A stretch of 63,897 bases of DNA, the filler included, from Lenisia limosa (Eukaryota > Protista > Breviatea): assembly GCA_001655205.1 (NCBI GenBank). It is 9 parts of 9 records of this genome, joined end to end, with 100 filler letters (N's around TTAATTAATTAA, not from the genome) between each part and the next. Parts side by side here need not be neighbours in the genome. Positions count along the whole stretch, not along the records: positions 1 to 28,395 come from LPNZ01011166.1; positions 28,496 to 32,512 come from LPNZ01003386.1; positions 32,613 to 43,405 come from LPNZ01010573.1; 6 more parts are not named here. One strand, given 5' to 3'. A program made the position numbers and the translations under genes. Below, piece after piece: positions 24,901-36,018 of this stretch; within the stretch, counting starts at the first letter, position 1, and every line of letters begins with the position of its first letter. The notes beneath the pieces are model-generated. The model was not told the origin of the DNA. It worked only from the letters and a program-made list of their open reading frames with translations, and searched no databases.

Positions 24901-27745
24901 AGCATGTATCCGTTTTTTTTTCATCTCACGATTTAGCGAAGAAACGGTTGTCATTGATAAGACCAAGGCGCTATGGTGGGTGCTTTGATTGAATACTAGG
25001 CCTACTGTGACACCCACTCTTACCCTCTCTAGTTTGTCAGTTGGACAGCTCAATGAGGCAAGGCTCATTCGGGATAGCAAAATGTAAGACAAATTGACGT
25101 GTCAATTCAATTTGAATAAAGCAGGCAAGATCACATTTTAGATCTCGCAAGACTGGCTTGACCAAGTCCAAAAAAGGCAAGGGCAAGACCAAGGCCCGGG
25201 GCCCTGTCACCACCCTGCCTGCATGCCGCAACTTAATTGATTTCCTCGTCAAGGCGGATTGTCTCCAAATGGCCCTCAGGTGGGTCCTTTATTGGCATCT
25301 CGGCCCAAAAAGATTGGATTATTGATTGACCGGAAGTATTCTCTAGTTATTTGGAGTCATTCCCGTTTTCCCCATGTAGCAAGATATAATTTCATTAGAA
25401 AACCGTAGGGATCAAATAGTATTACTTTCATAAAATGTCTTTATATTTATTTTTTTAGAATAGCCCTCCCAGCAGCACTATCCGAATCCCTTCGATTCTT
25501 TGAGAAAGATCGTAAGCATCTCCCATACTATCGAATTAGGAACATAGTTCATGCCCCTAATCACTTCAAGTTTTTAACAGAGCCAGTTTTTGGTGTGTTT
25601 TTTTTTTTTGTGCTTTAACAGCTATAGCCCAAACGAGCAAAGATGTACTTCCATTCTACTCAGACTGCACCTCAATCCTCAGCAACTTATCACTAAAGGT
25701 CTGTATTACCATGTTACGAGTTCAAAAAAACTTATTTTGTGACATTTTGAGTGGTTTTATGTACCTCAAAGTGGAACACTGCAATGTGCGTTGACACCGC
25801 AGACGTTAACAACCCGTAAAGACATTGACACCCTGCTCTGTCCCGCCTATCTTGCTACTCTGGAGATGAAGGTTGGGCGATTAAGATAAATAAAGAGCCA
25901 CCTTTGAGAACACCAATGGCAATGCAGACCTACTAACCCTCTATTGTACCGCTTCACATCTTAGGAGGCACATGGAAGGCTGATGCTGGGACTTTCCTCT
26001 GTTGACAAGGTAAATACAGAACGAGTTTCACTTAACATCTGTACCCGGTAAAAATACGGAAACTTTTGTGTATAACATATGAAATTTTGGATCACTGTCA
26101 GATTAGAAAATGTTCGTACTGTTTTTGTCTTTCCGATATAGTGTAGTCGGTAACACCTGGCGCTCTCACCGCCATACCCGGGGTTCGATTCCCCGTGTCG
26201 GAGTTTTTTTTTTTACTTTTTGTTCTTGATTGTTTTTTTTATTTCTTTTTAACTTTTTTTTTTTACCTCTTCAGAACTTTTGTCGGTTGGGAACAATCGC
26301 AAAAGTAGGTCTGAACCTTGCCACTCTCTGGAGCCAACAGACGTTTTTAGCTGAATGTATGGGGGACTTGGTACCCGTTGTTACTAGATACTAGATATCA
26401 ATCTCTGGAGGGTTTATGTCGATTTCATTGATGTTTCTATGTTTCTTCAGGTCCAGTTGTATTATACCGTTGACCCTTTACCCAATAGGTGCGAAATTGT
26501 CATCAAACGCTCGGTGGTGGTCGGAGCTCACGGCCCTTGAAATTCCCTTTGACGAGAAGGCCTTTAGAGCCTGTAGAGATTCAAGGTGGGGGGGGGGGGT
26601 CTTTATACTAATGCAATTGGGAAATTGGGTCATATCTGTCAGGGTTATTGGACCGTCCGGGTTGTAGTTGACAGTTTTTTAATATTGCACCGTATTATTA
26701 CATGTTGTATAAATGGTGATGAAAGCCGTTCACTCACGCTGCAGCTACCAGCTTGCTCTTGTGCCAGCCCTGTTAGAAAAGACTGGTATTGACCTTGAGG
26801 CCGTGCGAGAGTACTGTTTGGCATACGACATTACCGAACAGCAGTTTGGCCGTGCTGCTATCCCCGCCATTCTCCTCAAGGATACGGCGCCCCCTTGCTG
26901 GCAAGGTAAACGCGTGACTCACCTTCTTCTTACATTATTGAGTTTCCCATTTCTTACATTTACTCAAATACTGCTACTTTCATCTTTGCCTTAGCCTTGC
27001 TGTTCTTTTATATCAAACAAGAAGGGATTTACGTCAAAAACAAGCAAAATTTGACCAGATTGGCTCTTTGTTTTTAACTTCCCATCAGACTTATTGGCTT
27101 CGGTGGAAATGGATTTAGATCGAGATGATCGTTTGGAAGGTTTGTCTTGGCTTTTCTGTTACGCATATTTGAATTGATAGCTCTGTTTTTTTTTCACATT
27201 TTGTGCGGTCGTATCTGCATACTTTGATACGTTTCATGATTTTTACATACATAATATATGACAGTGACCGGAATAAGTCTTGACCGATTTCAATGAGAGG
27301 TTACATAGCAAATCGGTGAAGACTTATCACAGTCACTGTATGTATCTCAAGTAATTCCCTTACTCTCGCACTCACTTGATCAGTATATCTCAACTGTCTG
27401 GACCAACTCTCGCCTTACGCCTACGGCCGGCAAAAGGTCGTACGTGACCGGGTTGCTGTTCTGTGCCCTAGTGACGAGAACAAACGGGGGGCTGCTGTGG
27501 TGGGGGGAGGTACTTTTTCCTGTCATCTGTATATTGTGTAATTCCAAATTTCACGTTTTTCTTTTCTCCTTTGTGAGACAGTACATATGTGTCTGATGAT
27601 GTGGCTTGATGACATTTGTTATTAGTTTATACTAAACACATCATCTCTTTTTCATCATCGTCAGATATCCCGGCTCTTCTCGTACACCCGAAGACTCAAA
27701 CCACAGCCACCCGAACCGCTTTTGGGAAGAAGGTGGGTGACCTGT
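12974..27745 (+). CDS. KNTC1: Kinetochore-associated protein 1 (ROD / Rough deal) homolog, 3'-truncated by the scaffold end
   Basis: N-terminal WD-like exons (VDAVCYSPEGKVLIVGD) are followed by colinear matches to KNTC1 as I recall it: LIAEGEFAAA, WIDFLN...EGAISSARVVWSRH, WLGEDVLP, LVFLWDKLNLHMRLHDY-DIVIMILDRAKAPEIVPVIIEKE-VKPWCDH, ELRTMLIRYG, NARWWSELTALEIPF, LEAVREYCLAYDI, LSPYAYGRQ, LFSYTRR. Many GT-AG exons are phase-compatible. Confidence 0.85.
16340..16419. mobile_element. MITE-like family B
   Basis: TA-CAGTGACCAGGATAAG...CTTATCCCAGTCATTG-TA; KNTC1 intron. Confidence 0.85.
19370..19720. mobile_element. Cluster of two family C right arms plus a family B half element
   Basis: Duplicated gaggcacgcagaagctgtgtgaacagagttgta, two gtgatggtgtggacggcttc...cattgctata arms, then cagtgaccgggataagtcttgacc; all in one KNTC1 intron. 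Confidence 0.75.
26132..26203 (+). tRNA. tRNA-Glu(CTC): tRNA-Glu (anticodon CTC), inside a KNTC1 intron
   Basis: 72-nt cloverleaf. Acceptor stem TCCGATA/TGTCGGA, anticodon arm TGGCG-CTCTCAC-CGCCA, B box GGTTCGATTCC, followed at once by a poly-T Pol III terminator. Confidence 0.95.
27262..27340. mobile_element. MITE-like family B
   Basis: CAGTGACCGGAATAAGTCTT...AAGACTTATCACAGTCACTG-TA; KNTC1 intron. Confidence 0.85.
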
Positions 27746-28332
27746 TCTGATCCAGGATAGACACCGCTGAAGTCCCGGGTATCCAGACATATTATTCAAT
27801 AATATTAATTAATTGACAAAAAATTTGAAATTAGGGTTCTCGTTACAAGATGTCCCACTTCAAATTTTAAAATTAATTGAATGGAGCCTAAAATTTTTAT
27901 ATATTTTTTTTTTACAAATAACCCTACCCATTTTCCCCACTCCCAACGCAACTCTTACCCATGTAGTGAGAAGTGCTTGTCAGTCACAGGGGTTCTCAAT
28001 GATCCCGAGGCCGTTTTGGGCCCCGAAGTAGGTGGTCAGGCCTTTTCGTCATTCGCATCATTTTCATTCGACAGTATTTTTATTATCCATCATATCTGCC
28101 TTTTCCTTTCAATGTGGTTGCACATACATGCACTCCCGCTAACCTCCCCTCCTCTCTCAGGTTTTTCCATCCTCAATGTCAGCGCTTACTCCCATCCTAG
28201 TTGACTGCCTCGGCTTTTCACATGATGAGGTTAGTGGGTTGAGAGAACCGACATCGAGGGATTAAGGAGAAATGAGAGTTTAAAAATTTTTACTCTCAAA
28301 GGGGGTAGGGGTTAGATCATCTAGTGTGGGAC

Positions 28333-28395
28333 TGTATATCAAATATACACTTATTGTTGATGCTGGAGGGCATATCAAATATACACTTATTGTTG
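28333..28395. repeat. Direct repeat at scaffold end
   Basis: atatcaaatatacacttattgttg twice. Confidence 0.75.
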
Positions 28396-28495
28396 NNNNN
28401 NNNNNNNNNNNNNNNNNNNNNNNNNNNNNNNNNNNNNNNTTAATTAATTAANNNNNNNNNNNNNNNNNNNNNNNNNNNNNNNNNNNNNNNNNNNN
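28396..28495. other. Artificial scaffold-joining linker (first of eight)
   Basis: N44-TTAATTAATTAA-N44, a six-frame stop linker. Cores at 28440, 32557, 43450, 45751, 48359, 50514, 59766 and 62660. Confidence 0.97.
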
Positions 28496-29133
28496 GAGAA
28501 ATACTCCATATGCCCTGGAGGAAAGAATCAAGAAGTGTTGCGAGGAGGATAAACAAGCATCACAAAACCATAGATATTCCAGCTTTCAAGCCTCCACACA
28601 GGCAAGGCATAAACATACTTGGCATTTCGATGTTTAAGAGGGTAACCTCGCTTTCGGTCAGATTTTCTGTTGGACAAAGTAAAATAATATGAAATAAACA
28701 ACAAATCTGCTGAATCTGCGTTGAGGGGGGGATGGGATGATGGATCTGATTTAGCTTGGATGTAATCTGGATTCACCCGGCCGGGAAACCTGGAAGAATG
28801 TGAGCAGCGAAAAGCCAAAAGATTTCAATAACGGCAATAAATATCTTACTAATTTAAATTAAAGTACTGAAATTGCTATTATAAATGTGAATTTTCAAGA
28901 ATATTAAATTTATATATCAGTCATTTTCTGAAACAATTTCGTAACCCAAAAACCGAAATTTTTGAAAACAAAGAACACAAAGGTTGAAATTAGGATTCTG
29001 TTATAGATTTATTTTATTAGGAATAAGAGTTTTAAGTGGGACTATAATTTGTATAGCCTTTCAGCTTAGTTTCTCTCGTTAGTCTAAGGGCTAGGCGCCC
29101 AAACTAGCAACAGAACATTGCTGCACTAGCAAA

Positions 29134-32100
29134 ATGAACCAACAACTGGTTCCAAGGTTGGACTTTTAAGGGTAATAGTTTTTTGACTAGGGCATTCTGT
29201 CCCTCTCTCCCCTCACCCTCCTTCTAGCCGCATTATTGGCTACAATGGGTCAACATTGGGCTTTGCTGACCCAGTGACGGTGGTCTCCCTCGCGGCAAAC
29301 ACTCTTCGCCTTGCCTCCCTTGAAACGCCAGCCTCGAGTGATCAGTTCCTTCCTTCAGCCGGACACGCTGTGACAGCTTCAGCTGTGGCACCTCGTCTTG
29401 GTGTTGTTGCAGTTGCCACTGACGGGCCAGAACCCACGATCAACCTCTTCGCCTACCCCCACAACGAGCTCCTGGCAACCTTGAACTGTTTGGGGGAATG
29501 ATGCTGTACAGAGGGGTTGTAGTACGCATTGCTTTTCTCATTTGTTATTTTGGGTTTCTTTGTGTAGTTACAGTTCATGGGGTGCTATGTTCCATTGTTT
29601 TATGTTTACAACATAACAGTAGAAGGGTCAAACCATCTCAGATGTAGTTTTATCCCCTAGCCAAATTGGACCTCAGATTTATTGACTTGTCCTTCTCACG
29701 GGAGGGTCTTCGCATCCTCTCTGTTGGTGACCTCCCGAAACACATGTATGAGGGGATGGGAAGTCTACATATGCATATCATATAGTGAAATAGTTATATC
29801 CAATCCATTGTGAACTCTTTGTCCCTTACAATCGATGAAGATGAGCAGTGAAGGTAACTGGTTGCATTTGACAAATTCGTCCTTGATATTTAGTGTATAA
29901 TGTATAATGGATATCGGTAACCAAAAAGGTTATTTCTTTTGCCCCGAAGTGTATGCAGGAGAAATGCGAATGACTCGTTTAGGGTGACTCTATGGGACTG
30001 GGAGCAAGAAAGAGCGGTTGTTAGCACGGAAGTACCAAACGCTAAGAAGGCATGTTTCAATCCGTGGGTTATTGTGGCTTCATTATTTACTCTATTTACA
30101 CTCTTGAAAGTCATATGTATATACAGTGACCGATAAGTCTTGACCTATTTTCCTTGGGAAATCACATCGCAATTCAGTCAAGACTTATTCCGGTCACTGT
30201 ATATGGCTTACACTTGATCTGACATTGTAATATATATGACACTGGTTGGTGTGTACCTCTTTCATTCAAACATGAACATTTGTAAAACAATAATAGCAGA
30301 AATCTAGATTGATATTTGTTGGGGATTTGTATGGGAATTCAGTAATAATCCGTAGTTCTGCCTCATAAAACAGGTTATAGTTCGAGAGAATTATCACGAA
30401 TATCCGAATATAAACTTACGGTAACGTCATCTTGCTACTACTTTTTACTGGAATTTAACTAAGATTGTGGTCATTATGAAAATCATAACAGTTGTCTCTT
30501 ATGTCAATAATAATTACTTCTATTACACTAAACCTAAATCACGCTAGTTACTCTCGTTTATATTTCTTTTTGTCCTTCGACCGAGTCTGGTTTTGGAACT
30601 ATAACAAGCCATAGAGCCAATGAGGACCAGGTGGCAGTGACACACTCCACAGGCGTGTGTATTCTGATCATAGATCGCTTCATGCAGCACTCAAGGTTCA
30701 AGTCTCAGTACGAAGGGGGCTGGCTTTTACTTCATAATATACTTAAATATAATATTCATAGCTATTGTAAATATCGATATTGTACGTAAATATTGAATTG
30801 TACTATATACACGTTATGCACATATCTGAGTGTAAACGTTTTTGCTGCATGCTGGTTAACTTCGCAGTGAACTGAAGTTCGAAGGCGACGTTGAAGTTAC
30901 TGTGGGAGGGAGTCATTTCTACTGTCATATCCATTGTGCCATGTTCATATTATTGCAATAATGTAATACATACACTATAAACATGCAATATTTATTACTA
31001 ATTATTTATATATTATATGATATATAGTATACTATATGATATAAGTGGTGAAACATTTTCTATGTGACCAACAGATTTTTTCCTTTGTCATCATGCTCAT
31101 ATCACAGTCGGTACTGTGGCTGGCTGACGGACGGTTGGCTGTGGCCACACCCACTGACCTGCTCTTTTTCGACGTGTTGACTGGCGAATTGTCGTTCTCA
31201 TCGCAGCTCTCCGCTCTGGAGGGTGTCAGTGACGCTGGAACCGTGGGTTTTGAATGTCGTCACCCCCACCCCTCCATAGTTTAATATTCGGTTCCTGACT
31301 GTACGCGAAGTATCACCTACAAACTCTCGCCTTATACTGTTCCTCGTTTTTTTGTCTGATATGTTCCAATTTTCCACCCCTCCCCCACCTCCTCAGTAAG
31401 TGTTTTTATTGTTTGTGTTTATAAACACCCGTTTACCGTACGCTGGAGTGATGGNNNNNNNNNNNNNNNNNNNNNNNNNNNNNNNNNNNNNNNNNNNNNN
31501 NNNNNNNNNNNNNNNNNNNNNNNNACAGCCAACAGAGTTGATTTTGGGCTTTTTTTTTTGTTTCATAAATTTTCCAATTTTACTCCCCCCCTCCCCAGGT
31601 GACGAGCATGGTACTGACAAGGGACAATGTTGTTGTCGGCACGGAAAAGGGACTGATCTCTTGGGTTGCAGTCAAGGACAATGTGTTGGAAGTGCAGAAG
31701 AGCTTGAACCTCAAACTGGTTGGTCATCAACTGGATGCTTTCTTTTGTTCATTCCTGCTTTCTTTTGTGGTTTTGGCGAGAAATGTATTGATCGTTTGGC
31801 TGATTAGTGCCTAATGAAGATGTTTACNNNNNNNNNNNNNNNNNNNNNNNNNNNNNNNNNNNNNNNNNNNNNNNNNNNNNNNNNNNNNNNNNNNNNNNNN
31901 NNNNNNNNNNNNNNNNNNNNNNNNNNNNNNNNNNNNNNNNNNNNNNNNNNNNNNNNNNNNNNNNCCGGCGTCATTGCGGCCGTCGTGCTGAGTATCCCGG
32001 AGCAGATGCCGCTCGAGGCTTCCTTGCTTGGTGGGTGTGGTTATGATAGTATAGCTCAGGCAGCATTACTTTTAAATATAACTTGATTATAATACAGTAT

Positions 32101-32454
32101 TTACATTACTTACACTTTAGGCGATGTCCATGCCGGGCGGGTCACATCAATAGTCGGAATCTCAGAAAACACCTTTATCTCTGGCGGAGTGGACGGCACC
32201 GTGAGAGGGATATCGACTTATCCATTGCATGTGATTCGGAGTTCAGACTTATTCTGCAGATGATTGCGCTAAAGGATGAACTCGGCTTGCTTTGTTTTTG
32301 TTCCTTTTGCCGAATGACTTAACCGCTTTCAGCTTCGCGCGTGGTCAGTGCCCGAGGGAGACCTGATTTCCTTGGCCAACATGAGATCCCCTATCACGGC
32401 CGTAGCCTCCTGCGGTGCAATCAGCTTTGTAGCATGTCACGACGGCTTCGTGAG
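29134..32454 (+). CDS. CFAP43: Cilia- and flagella-associated protein 43 (WD-repeat), 5' part
   Basis: MNQQLVP-SRIIGYNG...VVAVATDGPEPTINLFAYP...FIDLSFSREGLRILSVGDLPKH-VTLWDWEQ...KACFNP...GDVHAGRVTSI...SGGVDGTVR-LRAWS. This is colinear with the CFAP43 N-terminal WD region; the paralog CFAP44 is less likely. Confidence 0.8.
30122..30201. mobile_element. MITE-like family B
   Basis: TA-CAGTGACCG...CGGTCACTG-TA; CFAP43 intron. Confidence 0.85.
31526..31598 (+). repeat. Family D intron repeat ending at a 3' splice site
   Basis: cagccaacagagttgattttgggc...gtttcataaattttccaattttactcccccccTCCCCAG, then a CFAP43 exon. Confidence 0.8.
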
Positions 32455-32649
32455 GTTTGTTCTATTGTTGCACTTGTACAAATAGGGATTCTCTCATTTT
32501 TCTTAAAAGCTCNNNNNNNNNNNNNNNNNNNNNNNNNNNNNNNNNNNNNNNNNNNNTTAATTAATTAANNNNNNNNNNNNNNNNNNNNNNNNNNNNNNNN
32601 NNNNNNNNNNNNTGGAACTTGTATGGTTTTTCTTGGTTTTTATTTTTAG

Positions 32650-33325
32650 GAACAGGACTCTTCCTTTTTTGTGAAGGATGAAGTGGACTGCAGAACCGAG
32701 GTTCCGAAATCATATCTGGATAGAAATGAATCCCATCTTTTTTTGCGTTATGCCACAGCTCTGCTTGCTCTTTGCAAAAAAAGTATGTGAGAAAGAATTT
32801 TCCGCAGGTATGCAACCCGATTTTACTGTTTACAGAGCTTCAAAACAACGATTTTCAGTGGGAGAACAATCAGACACCAAATGGTGAGTTGAAGATTGCT
32901 ATTTCTGTGTGATAATGAGTCATCATAAAGCATCTCTCCTTGGGTAACTCAACTCCTCCTCACGACATTGAACTAGCAATGACAATAGCCGATACCACGC
33001 CTTGTAACGCTTCAGATGGTCACCCCAATGAAGACTTGGATGGCGACGATGACGACGCTATGGAGAATGGTGGGGTGAGTTCATATTGGGTCGAATCTCA
33101 TCATTGGACTCAGAAAATAATTCCTGTTTAAACAATTATTCTCCAGGGAAGGTACCAAACCCTCGTCCTCCAAACGAGAACGATGATAATGGAGAACGTA
33201 TTGTTGAATCTAGATCAGCTTTGTATTATTTATTTTTAGAGTTATCATTTTCTAAAATACACGATATGCATGCGATGGATGATTTAAAATTTGCAATGTT
33301 TCAATTTATTATGATTAATGATGTA

Positions 33326-33357
<32 letters not shown>

Positions 33358-34422
33358 GTCAATCATTGATAATTACCGGTTACGGGAACTTATTAATATG
33401 GGTAACTTAGTTTTCTGTTTTATTACTGGTATAGATAAAGCTGATGATGGCGAAGAGNNNNNNNNNNGAACCATCTTCATTCACTCCCATTTTTGACGCA
33501 AATAGATGGCCCTGTTGCTGCAGCTGAGACGCTGATTGAGAAATTTCGACTACGTTTGTCCTTCTGGTTTTGGATGTAAACTCATTTTTAGTGTTAGAAG
33601 AAGCTAGAAAAGAAGAGGATGTAGAGAAGAGAGTAAAAATGCTGAAGACCACTTGTGAGCTCGCCTCTGGTATAGTCGGCTTTCGGAACATGGTAATTCG
33701 CCGCGAAGACGCATGCCAAATGAGAGAAGCCGACAATGTTGACCAGGATTTCTCTTTTGAAAACCATGCGTTGTCGGTCCGTATCTCACTTGCCAAGCGT
33801 CCCTTCAAAGGCTATCATGTGAAGAAACCGATGAAGCCCTCGCGGGTCAACACTCAGCTCAAGCAAAGAAAGGTCAGGAAAAGATTATTGAATCATTGTT
33901 GAGGTATATTTTTGTAAATCTTGCTAGATTCTCAAGTTTCTACGAACCACTTCGTTGATGGGGAAAAAGATTTTCCGTCGTGCAGCCGAGATGGCATATG
34001 TAGGACACGATTTATACATTACGCCTACCACCTGTGAGTAGCCCTCACTCTGTTTATGGAGGAACACCTGACTGCTCTCTACCATTACCTGATGGACATC
34101 TAACGTCCCGACGGACTGTGTTTTCACACCTTTCCTACAGACTTTCGTAAGTTGGTNNNNNNNNNNGAAACTTTATTATAGTTTCATGGTAATTTCCTTA
34201 ATATTGGTGACATTATTAACCACCAATGTGTTACTGTGGCGTTGGTGCATGTCAGTTTTACAAGAGCTAATTTGTTTTTAGAAGCTCAAATACACTGCCC
34301 ACGAAACTGTCCCACTGTCCTTCTGGTCTTCATTCTTGCCACTTTGCAAAGAGGACATGGACAGGGCTATTCTCTACCCGACTAAAGGAAATCCTGCACG
34401 CTACCAAGTGATCTTCCTTTAA
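32650..34422 (+). CDS. Hypothetical protein, fragmentary
   Basis: Spliceable exon-like blocks: acidic DGDDDDAMEN; EARKEEDVEKRVKMLKTTCELASG...QLKQRK; ILKFLRTTSL...; KLKYTAHETVPLSFW...VIFL*. One junction does not phase cleanly and no family was recognised. Confidence 0.35.
33325..33357. repeat. (CA)n microsatellite
   Basis: Visible CA run with one TA interruption. Confidence 0.9.
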
Positions 34423-34624
34423 AATGACGTTGACTTTACGAGCAACTTCATCAGCATACTAAGCAATAANNNNNNNNNNNNNNNNNNNNNNNNNNNNNNN
34501 NNNNNNNNNNNNNNNNNNNNNNNNNNNNNNNNNNNNNNNNNNNNNNNNNNNNNNNNNNNNNNNNNNNNNNNNNNNNNNNNNNNNNNNNNNNNNNNNNNNN
34601 NNNNNNNNNNNNNNNNNNNNNNNN

Positions 34625-34931
34625 AGTCATCATGACTCCGTCATTAGCTGCGAGAAGAGCTGAGGCAGCAGCTCCCATTTCAACAAACTCTTTTTGAGGC
34701 AGACCAGCAGGGAGATGAAACTCGCGAGCATTGCCTGCCGATTACCAAAATAAAAAGAAATACCTCCACAACACACCACGCCCTACATACATGTACATCA
34801 CCGAGGAAGTCACCACCTTGGTTGTTTGCCGCGTTCAGTTCACCTGCCTCGTCGTTTATGTCCTCCTCGATGCCTCCTCCTGGTAGTTGCGGTTGAATCA
34901 TTAATTCAAAAACAGGCTCCTGGTTGGGCAT
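34625..34931 (-). CDS. Hypothetical protein fragment
   Basis: Exon-like blocks GGIEEDINDEAGELNAANNQGGDFLGD and AMLASFISLLVCLKKSLLKMG, flanked by gaps. Confidence 0.3.
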
Positions 34932-36018
34932 TCATTACATTCGCAAGGAGTTGATCCATGGTGGCTTGTGATGGTAAAAAGTTATCGTTGCGCGTTAGTC
35001 TTAGGCCTTGAAGAAAACAATGGGTCACAAAGGGGGTTTTCTCAAAAGGAAAAGAGAATAAGGCCAGACATTACGAAATAAGAATAAGCTGAACTGAACT
35101 AAGTTCATCCATTTTTTTAAATGAGGGAAAATAATTTTTTTATTGGTCCTCTTTGCAACCTCTTTGTCTCTTTTTTTCAGCTTATTTCTTTTTATTGCAN
35201 NNNNNNNNNNNNNNNNNNNNNNNNNNNNNNNNNNNNNNNNNNNNNNNNNNNNNNNNNNNNNNNNNNNNNNNNNNNNNNNNNNNNNNNNNNNNNNNNNNNN
35301 NNNNNNNNNNNNNNNNNNNNNNNNNNNNNNNNNNNNNNNNNNNNNNNNNNNNNNNNNNNNNNNNNNNNNNNNNNNNNNNNNNNNNNNNNNNNNNNNNNNN
35401 NNNNNNNNNNNNNNNNNNNNNNNNNGGTGTTCAAGCGAGTGTCATGTCAAGTTTTCTCTGTTTTCTTTCCCCTTTCCCCTTTACCTTCTTTCTACCTTCT
35501 TCACTGTTGTTTTTGGGAACTGATAATCTCTTTTGTGGAGATTTGACAAAGCCCCAGCTCAGTTCTCTTTCGATTCCCCAAAAAAAAAGCCCTAGGTTCT
35601 ATTTGTCAGTGTTTTCAACTTGACACACTGAAAACAACAAAACGGTGACCCGCAGAAATATCACTTTTATGTTCTTAAGTTTCCGGTTCATTTTCCCGTT
35701 AGATAGATTTCCGGTGATTTCCGGTGGTCACTTGATCTCACCGATTGGTGAAACTCGCTGTAATTTCGCCGGAAGTAGGATGAATTTTAAATTAACTTTT
35801 TGTATTCCACCGGAAGTATGAAATCGGTGGGTATTAATCTACTAGTGGAAATTGGGAAGGGTTTAAGGTTTTAATTGATAATAATATAATAATATAATAA
35901 TATACAAGTATTGCCAGTGAAATAAACCAAAAAAACAAGTATTGGCTGTGTGAATTGCCATTAATAGCTGAGTCCAAGGCGTATTCCATTGCTGCTTCCA
36001 GCTTTTAACTGCCTAATA

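Noticed and set aside
34680-34931. MARCH6/Doa10-like fragment
   Set aside because: The resemblance is weak, the segments are in the wrong order and no RING-CH is visible.
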